This document shows positions 37,855 through 49,670 of a stretch of 64,000 bases of DNA, one piece after another. Both the position numbers and the translations under genes were made by a program. Origin of the DNA: Dimorphilus gyrociliatus (Eukaryota > Animalia > Annelida); contig CAJFCJ010000011.1 of NCBI GenBank assembly GCA_904063045.1, forward strand, positions 124,001 to 188,000, written 5' to 3'. Numbering within the stretch: position 1 is the first letter of the stretch; each line of letters begins with the position of its first letter. The notes under the pieces are model-generated. The model ran no database searches. It was not told the DNA's origin and saw only the letters and a program-made list of their open reading frames with translations.

Positions 37855-40644
37855 TTACTGATCTAGCAGTTTCCTAAAGTTGTTTATCTCATGAATACTT
37901 TTTGATAATCTATATAAAACATCAAAGAAGCAAAAATTTATCATTTTATATTTGTACAAAGTATTAATAATAGTAATACAAACCTTCCGAAGGCATTTAG
38001 GAGAGATACGATCTCGGTTCTTCTCATTTGGAAACGATTTTTTTTGCTTGCATCCAATGTAGAATTTGGTCCGGGATCGTCTCCCGAAAAGAGAATTTTA
38101 AGAGCGGTTCCCATTCCTTGTACTTGTAATTTTCCCCATAATCTGCATTTATCACAGCCGACACAGTCCATAATTTTTGATATATTTCGAAAATGAAGCT
38201 TAAACTCGTCCTATATTTTAAAATAATAATATTTACATTAGACATTGATGTTATCATATAGTTTTAATAAAATAATCTCACTTTTAATTTTGCTGCTTTT
38301 CTGGAATCGCCTTTAAATAATTTTGTTTCATCAAAATGATCCTCAAAACTATTCACAATGTCTAAGAAATCAGAAATGGCTTGGCGAACTTCTTTATCTT
38401 CTTTATCATTGCCAGTATAATAAAGTTCCTGGAAGGGCAAACATTTCTCAAATCTATTAAAAGATTTTTTGAAAAATTACCTTTTTTAAATAAGGCGCTG
38501 CTTTAGCTAAAGCACGTAGCTCTACCAAATAAGTGAAGTATAAATTCTTTAGTCTCTGTGGTCCTTCACCATTTGTAGTTTCAGGATTGAATCTTCTTTT
38601 AAATTCAGCAAGATTTGGCCCCCAAGTTATAGTATTGGCGAAATGATCTAGAGCACAAAAAGAGATGACCTCCTTCAAATATTATTTTTACAGTTACCTT
38701 TAAATTGCCACATGGCTGTTAAATGAGTATTTATGCTGGTATGTAGTCCAGAAATCATTCTATAAAATACTCTTTTCTCTAAGCACATATCTGAAAAAGA
38801 TATAATTAACATCATTATTATTAAATTTCTAATAATAGTTATATCATTTTATTAATTTAATTAAAAATTTTTGACAAAAAGAAGAGAATAATAAAAAGAT
38901 AAAAAGACTTGACACAAAAGGAAAGAATTAAGTTCCAAGCTTAACAACATTTTCCAAGACGTTCACATATCTTTTTAAACGCTGCAAGCACAAAGTGAAT
39001 GAGTGCTAAGGTGTCAAGAAAAAGGCATGTTACATCTACAAACTCTAGAAGAGTATCAGAATGACCGTTTAGATTAAGTACTTACATTAAAACACTAACG
39101 TTTTCTTTTTTATGTCCAGCATAAGTTGTTATTTATAGTGTACATATATAATTAAGAACCTATACTGCACATAATTTTGTTCAAAACAACATTCGAAAAT
39201 TTACCTTTCAAAATTGATTCTGTTTAATAAATTAATTATAAATACAAAAAAAGCGGGATTTCTACTATTTTGTTGTTGCTTAGGAAGAAACAATCTTAGT
39301 GCATGAAAAATTTTATTCAACAACACATAATCTTTCTATCAAACTTTTAAAACTATCTAGCACCAATTGAACTAAAAGAATTATATACCTGATCGTTTAT
39401 CGGATAAATTAGCCCCTATTATAAATAACTCAAAATCAACATTTACTAAAAGAAAATTTCTATAATGTCACTAAGGTTAGATAAAAAGTGTTTGATTTTT
39501 TCCTTTAAATATCTATAATATTAAATAAACTACCTATATTTTTCTTTTGAATAAATGATGTATAATCAGCTGCTTCAGTCCTTTTTTGAAAAGAAAATTT
39601 TTTTAATTTATGTTGAAATAATAACATATTTATATTTATTATGTCCTACTTGAAACAGTTTTCCTCGTAGACAGAACTCCAAACTCTATGAGCTGAAAAA
39701 CCTCCATAGCCAGTATAACGTTCAGGATTTAATAATAAATTAACGTATTGGCAACTATCAGAATTATCATCTAGAATGTATATGTTTAATTTATTTGTTG
39801 ACTCATTAAGTAATTATTTTCTTATTTACCGTCTAATTCACAAAAATTATCTTGAGCTTCATCATGTTTTTGCCAACTTTCGAAAGCCTCTTTATTTTCA
39901 GTGCTAATTGTGTGATCCAATTTTCCTAAAGACCCTTTATTGTCGTCGCAATTTGAAGTTTTTTGACTTTCTCTAGCATACTATGTAGCATATGTTATAA
40001 AAAATTTGTAAAGAGGTCTTGTTTAAATAAATATTAAACCTTATGGAATGAGTCGGCTTTTTTGATACCATCTGGTAATTGATCCTGTATCAGTCAAAAT
40101 GTTTCAAGCTATTATGAAAATGATGAAAATGTTTAAAATGTAACCTCTCGACATTCAGAAACGTGGCAGTCTTTTAAAACACATCCGGAATCATCTCCCC
40201 AAAAAGGACATCCTTTATTTAGATTAACCTGATGGGTTTAAATGTTTATGTTGCGTCTTTCAATATTGAAAAGAAATTACTTTAAAAAATTTGAAATAGT
40301 CTTTATCCAACAAACTCTGAAGACGAGGATAAATCTTGAGATTATTAAAACTGTCAACGCTGTCAACCGTACAAGAACAATCATCCACTTCACCCTTCAA
40401 CTAAGAAAACATAAATATTTTAAAATGTTGTAAACATCATAGATCTTATTATTAAAAAAAGAACTTAAAAAAAAACGTTCGAAGACGAAATTATAGATCC
40501 CAATGAAAAAGCGCGATAAACTTTACGAACCTTGCAAAAGCAGCCCTGTCCTACATCATTTGCTAAGATTAGAGATGATGAAATAAATATAAAAAATAGA
40601 TAAAAATTATTTTTTTGTATAAAAGCAAATATTCTTGAAATCAT
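37855..40644 (-). CDS. ERO1: ER oxidoreductin 1 (ERO1-like)
   Basis: Signal-like N-terminus, GCFCK|[60 protein letters not shown] and [16 protein letters not shown] (CxxCxxC); ends ..FRKLLDQ*. Confidence 0.95.
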
Positions 40645-41704
40645 AAGAATAACAGAGAGCTGACAACTACAGTCAACGAAACAATAAAAACAGCAAATAA
40701 TACGCCAAAAAATAGTTCGTTATTAATAGGAAAATCTATGCATTTTATTATCGAAAATAAGTTAAAATATTGAATAATTATAACTTAAATACAGCAAAAA
40801 GAGTTAATAATTTTATGAAATTTAATAATAAATAAAAAAAAATTAATGCGCAATAATTTATTATTTTTTAAGGAAACGTGGCGGGCTCTCATTTAACAAT
40901 CTTTCAACTCATTAAATTCCTTTCACCTGAGCAACTATGTTAATTATTTTACAGATCATACTTAAAATACATATTTTTATTTTGAAAGTTTCCATTTAAA
41001 AGTAAAATAAATTACTTATTATCTTGTGTAGATAATAAAAAAGTTGTAAACAATTCACCTTTATATGAATTGATAATATAACATATAACTTAAAATTTTA
41101 CATGACAGTGGTATTTAAAGCTATTAAATTAATTATTTTTCTTTAAAGTTTCATGTATTCAGCTATAAATAAAACAAAAAAAAACACTTAAACAAAATAA
41201 GACAGAGACGAAAGAATTCTCGTTAAATAGATCATCATCTTATATTTAATTTCAGAGATGACTTCACTTAAAAGTATAAGATTAAAATTAAATTTTTAAT
41301 TATTACTATTGAAAAAATAGATAATTTAATACTTCTATTCAACTTCTTCAAAGAACATTTATGTAAACATTCTTTTTTTTTGTTCTTTTGTTCTCATGCA
41401 TTGCAGAGAATAATAATATCTTAATAATTCTTTTAAAATGAATACATTCGTATATTACATTTTGATTAGTTTGTCAAAGAATTGAAAGAAATATCTTCCC
41501 CTTAACAATATAAAAACTCATGATAGTTGAAGAGAAGAGCTGTAAAGAAGATTTAAAGACCCTTTCCCTCGTTTTTCACGATAACTTATAAGATAATGTT
41601 TAATTCGTAAAGTAGCTCACTATAATCTGTTTTATGAGAATTATTGTATTTGATGCAGACTCATTTTGGGCAAAAAAGGAGAAAAAACGAAGCTAATCCT
41701 AACA

Positions 41705-41718
41705 ACGCCATCTACCGG
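41705..41718. promoter_or_regulatory. CTCF-like motif ACGCCATCTACCGG
   Basis: Best match to the CTCF core in the window; between the divergent ERO1 and KCNE-like A genes. Confidence 0.55.
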
Positions 41719-42491
41719 TTGCTAATAAGCTTGTACTAATACTGACAATAAGTCTAATAGGTTTAAGAGTATACTGATTGAAGAGATGGTGAACATATAT
41801 AAATGAAAACAACAAGTGAGTGTCATTTCTTCTTTTCTATTTAACAAAATAGGAGACGGATAGCGTAATATTCGGAAAGAACCTATCAATCAACCTTAAT
41901 AATCGATTTGTAAGTGGATAATAAATCCAAGATAAGCCTATCCAAAGGCTGAAAACCAATTTCCCCGATTATCCATAGAGTTCTTATTATTTATTATATT
42001 AAACTATGACAAAATGATGTACACTGAAGGGCGTAATTGAATGTACGAATACTATAATAAAATGCTTATTTTCAAAAGTAATTAATGAATAAACTGTGTA
42101 TAGATTTTTTTTTCATGTGATAATTTCGTACGAGTGACGATAGGATGTTTTATACAATATAAAACTTTTACAGGAGAACGCCTCCTGGTAGTCTATTATT
42201 ATATAATCTCACAGATGTTATTGTGCGTTCGCATTGCATTAAAGTCGTTGTATACATGATATTTTTCTAAATTTAGTCCTTTTTTTTTAATAGCTTTTAT
42301 CAGCAATGGCCAGAAGAGGAAATAGATTAAATAATGTGCTAATTCAAGTAAGTACTGCAAGATACTAAGATGTATTTATTACGATTATATTTCATACTAT
42401 ATCAATTATTTCGAGTCTATAAAAAGAATTCTTATCCTACTTCTAACAATGTATAAAGGGATTGAAGACATTTGGAGAGAATGGATTTGAA

Positions 42492-43094
42492 ATGAGAATT
42501 CGAAATATTGGTAACGAAACGTTTATCGCCTCAATAAAAGAAAGTTTTAATACAACTGAAAATCAGGTCTACAAACGCAATGATGATGCTTCGGGAGCAT
42601 TGTATTATGTGTGTGCCGTTATTGTAATCTATGGTTTTGGAATAATCTTAATGATAGCTTCGGTAATAAATAAAGGAAAGCACGATAAATCTATTTACAA
42701 GTACATAGCTGATCTTGACAATTTAAAGAGATTGGAGAAGAGAAAGGAAAAGTTCAAAACAAGGTTAATAATGCAAAAGATACAAAAGAAAAAGATTCCT
42801 TTTAAGACTATACACACAGCACCTCAGAGAATGGCATTGGTTAAAGACGATGAATCCTATCCCTGGGGAGATGTTCCTTCCGGTCAGCAAACGAAAGAGG
42901 GAATAGATGAACAATTTGCCTTCTATCAACCACTTGTATCTCTTAAGAATACTGAAATAGAGCAAGAGTCGGATGAGCTGTGCATTATTCAAGTGGACGA
43001 AAATTGCGAGGAAGAGGAAGAAGAAGAATATGTTGAGCAAACTGCTTCGTCTCCCGACACACCGAAGAGAGAAGAAAACTTTGACTTTGTTTAG
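42492..43094 (+). CDS. Single-pass membrane protein, KCNE/MinK-like; paralog A, intronless
   Basis: No signal peptide; N-glycosylation sequons NET and NTT; TM ALYYVCAVIVIYGFGIILMIASV; basic juxtamembrane segment; acidic tail. Confidence 0.75.
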   Translation: MRIRNIGNETFIASIKESFNTTENQVYKRNDDASGALYYVCAVIVIYGFGIILMIASVINKGKHDKSIYKYIADLDNLKRLEKRKEKFKTRLIMQKIQKKKIPFKTIHTAPQRMALVKDDESYPWGDVPSGQQTKEGIDEQFAFYQPLVSLKNTEIEQESDELCIIQVDENCEEEEEEEYVEQTASSPDTPKREENFDFV

Positions 43095-43343
43095 CAAAAT
43101 TTTCCATTTTTTTCCCTTTTTCTGTTTTCCCTATGCTTTTCTAATATTAGTAAAATCCATTATATAGGAGCTTTTAGACGCCGTTAGCTTTTACGACGAT
43201 TTGGAAATAGCGTCGCTTTTAACGTATGTTTAAATATTTATTCGATTTTATTGTACTACAAGTTATAAAGTTTGACAAGGGGAGTTACGGTAAAAACGCC
43301 ACCTGGGCAAGATTATAAACATTTTTGAAAGATACCATCACTT

Positions 43344-43957
43344 CTAAACGTCTGTTTCCGTATCAGAGGTTTCACCGTTTAGCTCTATGACGACTTTAGT
43401 AGAATAGGGTTGGCTATGATGGGATTTACTTTTCATTTCTTGTCTTCCCTTCTTCCTTGACGATTTTCTACAAGACTCAGGGGTTAATCTGTCCAGGTCT
43501 TTGAACTTGACGATATTGTACTGCTTATTCGTGGGTGATTTTAGAAGGCTCATTTCCTCCGGAACAGGTTTATTAAGAGCGACACGAGCATCCTTTACCA
43601 CTCGTCCATCAGTTCCTCGATAGGCGGCTAATTTGTTCGTAGCGTTCAACTATAATAAAAGCAGTGTGTGATAAAAAGGATGGAACTTAAATTTATACGG
43701 TGTCTTACTAATTGCATTTGCCTCTCTTTCTTTCTAACGAAAGCCATTTCCTTTAAATATGCACTTAATTTTCTGTCCATCTTATTTTTGCGTATGTGCG
43801 AGGCAATCATCATGATAATGGAGCAGGCGTAGATCATTATAACGATAACTACGTAATAAACGGCTCCAACACTATCCTCCCGATAATCTTTATGCTTGTT
43901 AACGATCTTGGCGATAAAAGACGAATTGCCAGCTGGCTCTACGCTAAACTCTATCAT
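43344..43957 (-). CDS. Single-pass membrane protein, KCNE/MinK-like; paralog B
   Basis: ATG 43957; 59-nt phase-0 intron 43708-43650; sequon NSS; TM AVYYVVIVIMIYACSIIMMIASH; clearly homologous to 42492-43094. Confidence 0.75.
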
Positions 43958-45803
43958 TGGAAACCTTAACCTTCTATGAACATGACTGTGAGGATGCAAC
44001 AACAAAAAAATTGTTTTATTTTTGTCGTAATTGAAACAATATCCCTTCTCTTAATGATACAAGTCATAATACTGCAAAAACTCTCAATTAAAGTATGCAT
44101 TTCCTTCTATTGAAAGAAATTTAAAAGCTTACCTAACCTTAAATGATATATTTTCTTCCCTTGCTTTATCTAGCAACATTATTTTCTCTTGTCAACTTAG
44201 ACACTGCAAAACGAATTCGCTATGTTTATATCATAAAACCTTTACTATATTATCACTATTCCTTTTCTTCATACAATTTAATGCTATCTATTAATATTAG
44301 TACAAACTGACTGTTTATACCTTCATCATACAAAGATCTTGTGACAAACAAGTATATAGAAAGAAAACAAACTAATAGAGAGTAATAGATACGAACAATA
44401 ATTCGTTTAATGTATCACTCGCATCATACGTTATGGTGAAATGTTTGACACATTACGTTTCTACTATTTGTTTGGACTTTTTTTTTTATTAAAACTAGCT
44501 GAGATTGGGTGACAATTGACGATGAATTGAGAATAATTTATTACTAATTATAACAAAAAGCTATATTATTTATACGAAAACAGATTTCGTTAAAAAAGAA
44601 TAGTTAGCTTACTATTTTAAAAGTGATTCTAAAATAATAATATTGTCTTTTTTATATAAAACTACTTTAATATGAGAATAAAAAGGATGATAAATTAACA
44701 AAATTCGTAGATATACGTATATATGTATATTTACTTAACTAACGGAAAAATATAGTTCTTGCCTGAGGAAGTGTGATTAAGAGAGAGAACTTTTCTCATT
44801 TCTTATCCGCCATCTTGTAATATTAACAACTCCTCTACTCGTAATACATATTTATCATATTTATATTTACAGTATATATATATATATTCTTGTTCTTAAC
44901 TTGTGCTATATATAATCTTCGTTTTGTATAATTATTTATAATTTATGTTGTTGAAGATAAGAGTTTGTTTGTTAAACAAGCTTAGCTTATCCTTAGTTTT
45001 TATGATAAGGATACTGTGTCCTTTTTAAAGAGAAACGTTAATAAATAAACCAATCTCCCTAAGCTTGAAAGCTATAAAATCCTATAAAAAATTAAGTATT
45101 TTCGCTAAAGGAATAATTAACCTGGCCACATGCATCTTCGGTCTTCTGGTACTCCTTGATCAAATACGTGCAAGTGAAGTAGGGAATGTGACTATCATTT
45201 ATCGTCTAAGGAGCTAGGTGACGCAGTCTTTAAAAGGCTGTCAAAAGCGAATGCTTATAATTCTAAAAAAAACATTCGACTGGAAAAGTGCCTTTAAATG
45301 AGTCGCTCAAAAGCTAAATAAGAAAAGAATCATACAGATTTCCATATCTTCCTCTTTATTCTCCCAAGTCTCAATGAGCTTTGAGATAAAGAGACAAAAC
45401 AATATATTTATCTTTATTTTTAGGTACACTATTTATTTGCTGATATAAGCACATAAATGTAAACATAAACATCATATATGCATTCCCATTACCTCTCTAG
45501 CTCTTTCCTTCTTTAAATAGTTTATAGACTCTAACGTTCATGCAAAAATAGTAACCTTATTTTCTTTTGTTACCACTTTAATTATACATGGGAACTGATG
45601 AATTATTTCACTTTTATTTGTATATTTTGCCTTGGTATTATTTATCTTATGGAAATTAATATAATTTTCATTTAGAGAGTATTTTGTAAACCGATATTGT
45701 TCTTTGTCTTATCTTCATTATATTTTCTGTAATGTCTGTTAATTTTTATTAACAGTTTGTTTACACTCTCCCTGGTAATAACTTGTGGATATTTGTTCTT
45801 TCA

Positions 45804-46450
45804 ATGGCGTCTGCCAGACGATTAATTTCAATCGATTATGAGGTTTTCGGACGTGTGCAAGGTTACAATCATCTTCAATAGTTAACTATTAAATTAGGCT
45901 TAAAAAATGATGCATTTTCCAAAAAGAAATGTTTCCATTCATAGTTATTAAACGATTTTTCATTCTATTTGGAAGGGATCATTTAATTCGTTTTTATAAA
46001 TTTAGGTGTATTCTTTAGAAAATATACTCAGAAAACAGCTGTTAAGTTAGGTTTAGTCGGTTGGGTAAAAAATACGGATCAAAATACCGTTGTGGGTACA
46101 ATCCAAGGAGAAGAGAGTAAAATATCAGAAATGTAAGTGTTTCTTTTAACTATACACAAAACACATCTATAAAAAAAATACACCAGAGTTTTACATAGAA
46201 TAGAATCATAACATTCCTAAATTGTTAATTGATAAAAATTGAAGTTTAAAGAAGAATTTTTAGCTTTCAATTCTTCTATTCGATAATTTCGTTGTTGATA
46301 ATTAACAGGCGAAATTGGTTACAAACTGTTGGTAGCCCGAAATCAAGAATTGATAAATGCCACTTCAGTAATGAAAAGGAAATTGAAAATCCGAATTTTA
46401 CTTCGTTCAATATTCGAAAACCGTTAGATGTAAAGAAAAAAAGAAGATAA
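45804..46450 (+). CDS. ACYP: Acylphosphatase
   Basis: Three exons missed by the ORF track: MASARRLISIDYEVFGRVQG|VFFRKYT..GLVGWVKNT..TVVG.IQG..|..WLQTVGSPKSRIDK. Both acylphosphatase signatures are present. Confidence 0.93.
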
Positions 46451-46807
46451 AAGAATATTGATAAAATTTCAAGATTTATTTTTCTTTTTTTTTAAGTTTT
46501 GTGGTTTTTTTTTTGATATTTAAACAAATGAAGATACATACATACGTTTACAGAACAAAATATTCCAAAAATGACATAATGATAGACAAAGAAAAAGATG
46601 TATTCGAATAGAACATGGAACTTATTCTGTTCTTTGTTCTTTTTTTCTCCAACTTCAATCTATAAAATTAGAATATGCTGCGTCTTTAGAATAAGTTTGG
46701 ATAATTATAATAAGAATAATCTGATTTTGGTTTATCTCTCATTTAATGTATATTATTCAATATTTTATAAGTTTAGTATGAGCCTGTGTCAATATTCTTA
46801 GTTGTTC

Positions 46808-49316
46808 TTAATCGACTTGAGGGTTATTATGAAATAAGTATTCGGCCTAAGAGATAAAGAATTATAAGATTAAGGTTGTTGAGGATAACGTTAAACTTAC
46901 CAGGAAATCAATTGGATCGTCAGGCCTAACTTTACAAGCGTCAATTAGCCCCTGCGTTAAAGTTGGCATGACGTGTTTCATTAAATAGTTTCGTAAGGGT
47001 ATCGATTGACTTTCAAGCATATCGTGTTCTTGCCTTTTAACCTCATTAAGACGTTCGGTCTATTAGTTTAAAAAAATTCGAAATAAAATCGTTAACAATT
47101 AAACACTCGAAACGTGAGAGTTACCCATTCATCCTGCCTGCGTTTCCTTTCTGCCGCTTCTTCTTTATCCTGCCTTTCCTTTTCCAGCCTCTCCTCTTCC
47201 TCTCGCCTTAAACGGCTTTCCTCTTGTTTTCGTCTTGTTTCCTCTTGTTCTTCCTCTGTGGGCCCGTAATTTCTAGGTTCTCCAACCTTTCTTGTAATCC
47301 TACCCATTATGAGCCGATTATCGATTGTCTTGTCCAAAGATATATCAATAGTCTCTGCATGAATTTCATTTTCCTCGAAGAAATTTAGAAGAGTGTTGTC
47401 GTCGTTATTTAGGTCGTGGAAAGCTTTCAGACGTCTCAAAAGACCTTTCTCGTCTGTATGTCCAGGGGTAACAACACTTTCAGGTAGATTCATCACACGA
47501 CTTCTTAAGTAGTCGTCATCGGCTTGTAAAGAAATTACAAACTCAGGAGTGATTGTTTTATCATAATGCAGATTACTGGTTTCTTCTTCTCCGTCATTAT
47601 CCTCATTTGAAAATAATTCCTTTGCCTGGTCAAGGTTTTTAGGAAAACCATCCAAAACAAAACCTTGATTCTGACATTTCATTGATTTTAACGTATCTCT
47701 AACGAGCCTAATTAAGTTTTCATCGCTGATACGGCCATCATTACTCTTTTCATCCTCTTCAATAGCGACCAACAACTGCTCGTCTTCAGCCGCTTTTCCG
47801 TCATCATCATCATCTTCCTCAGATTCTTGCTGAGCTCTAGATATAGATTTCCGCAATCTCTCTTTAGACTCTCTGATTATCTCGGACACTCTTAAATGAT
47901 GAAGTTTATAACTGCTAGCCAATTCCTTAGCAATTGTCGACTTGCCTGCACAGGGTGGTCCATGTAGAAGGATTCTTATAGGTTGTAGCTTTCTAGATTC
48001 CCTATACTCTTTAACAACTGCTTCAATATTTTCGACTAGACCATGCTCACTTGTCCAACGTATTTGCATATTCTCTCTAATAAAACCCCCGTCCATGCGA
48101 AGATTTACCAACAGCTGATCAAAATCAGCTTGGCAAACTTCTTTCATAAGAAGAGCATCCTCTTTAACTATATATTTTACTTTTCCATTACAAAGGCCCT
48201 TCGATATTGCCTTAACAATCTCCTCTAATAGATTTTTCGAATCATCAACCGCAACCAGGTACCGAACTTTAGGCTTAGCGTCTAAAATATTCTGAACCAC
48301 ACTAAATAGAAAAAAAGCGAAAACAAAATTTACCTTCTTTTTAAAAACTTGACGTTTAATAGGCTTATATACTCACGCCGCTAAATCTTTAATATGTATA
48401 GTCGGTATGCAATTTTGACCAGTTCCAAAAATTTGTAAACTTTCAGTATTATGCCAAGCCGACTATTTAGGCAAAGGTTAACAATTTGTTAAATTAATAG
48501 GTCAATGGAAGTAAGAAGGGAAAAGATTTTACCTTAAATAAATAATGGAATATGCATTCTTCAGCTCCGTAGGTTAGGCCAGAGGCTATGACATACGTAA
48601 CCAATTTCGTTTTATTTGTTTTACCCATTTTAATAACTGTTTTCTCCGCATTCATATGATCCTTCCAATTGGGATGCGCTCTTCTACGTCTGTAATCGTC
48701 TTCGGTAAATGGAATTTCCGTATCCTCCTATAGAAAAGTTAATAGTTTCGAAAGTTCTTCGAATGACAATTATGGACTTACGGGATCTAAAGGTTTACTA
48801 TTTGCCCAAGTCATAACGGATGATATAAGTATAAACATTTTCGGCTTTTCAATTCTTTCTAAGTCTGCGTGTAGTTCGGAAACTACCCAGACAGCTTCAT
48901 CAATGGCACTAGGCTCTTCGGTAATATCGTAGACAATCATATCGCACTCAATTAAATGTTCTAACAGGTCTTCTTTTGTTTTATAATCGAGAATATCTTT
49001 AATAAATGCTGGCTTATCTCTAATTCTATCCTTTTCTCTGTCTTTAAAGGTACTAATTATTTGATAACAGCCTTCTCGATGCCTTCTGCTGAAATCTCCA
49101 CTGGCAACAGAAGCTTCTTCGTCTTCTTCTTCATTTTCATCAACAGTTGCTCCGACTAGACATTGGGATAAATACTGAAAGAAAAGAATGAAAATAGTAT
49201 TAAAGCGCTTCCTTTATATTCATTTCAACCTTGGACACATTCCGTCCCTGGAAAGTATCGCAATAGTTAATGAAAACCCTTTTGGAATCCCTTCGTTCAT
49301 TAACGTTATCCGCCAT
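46808..49316 (-). CDS. AK7: Adenylate kinase 7 (epimerase-like N-terminus, AK domain, coiled coil, DPY30 domain)
   Basis: [56 protein letters not shown] and [31 protein letters not shown]|AEYLF. Confidence 0.92.
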
Positions 49317-49670
49317 TGTTGTATCAACTAGTATCCAAGCAACAAACTTAAAGGACAAACTACCGGTTTTTGTTAACGAATCTTTCACCGTACACATGTT
49401 TATCAGGCGTCTCTTATAAATATTAGACGCCCAATCGAGAAATTTTCTTTACAGAAAACGAATATAATCAACAACTATTAGCAAAAGTTCACATACAGAT
49501 ACTAGTATAATAATAATAACTCAACTTTTTCAACAAACTTCAATAGAAAGTGATACTTAAAAAGAAAACGTTCAGAAGTTATTCGGCGTCTAATTCGATA
49601 AAGATTAAAAGATTATACGATGAAAATTACTGGATAATTGAGCATGTTTGTTTCTCTCCTTATCTTTGGT

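Noticed and set aside
43092-43100. TAG-CAA context at the stop of KCNE-like A (possible readthrough)
   Set aside because: It is followed by AAT rather than YYA, so it does not match the CAR-YYA readthrough signal.
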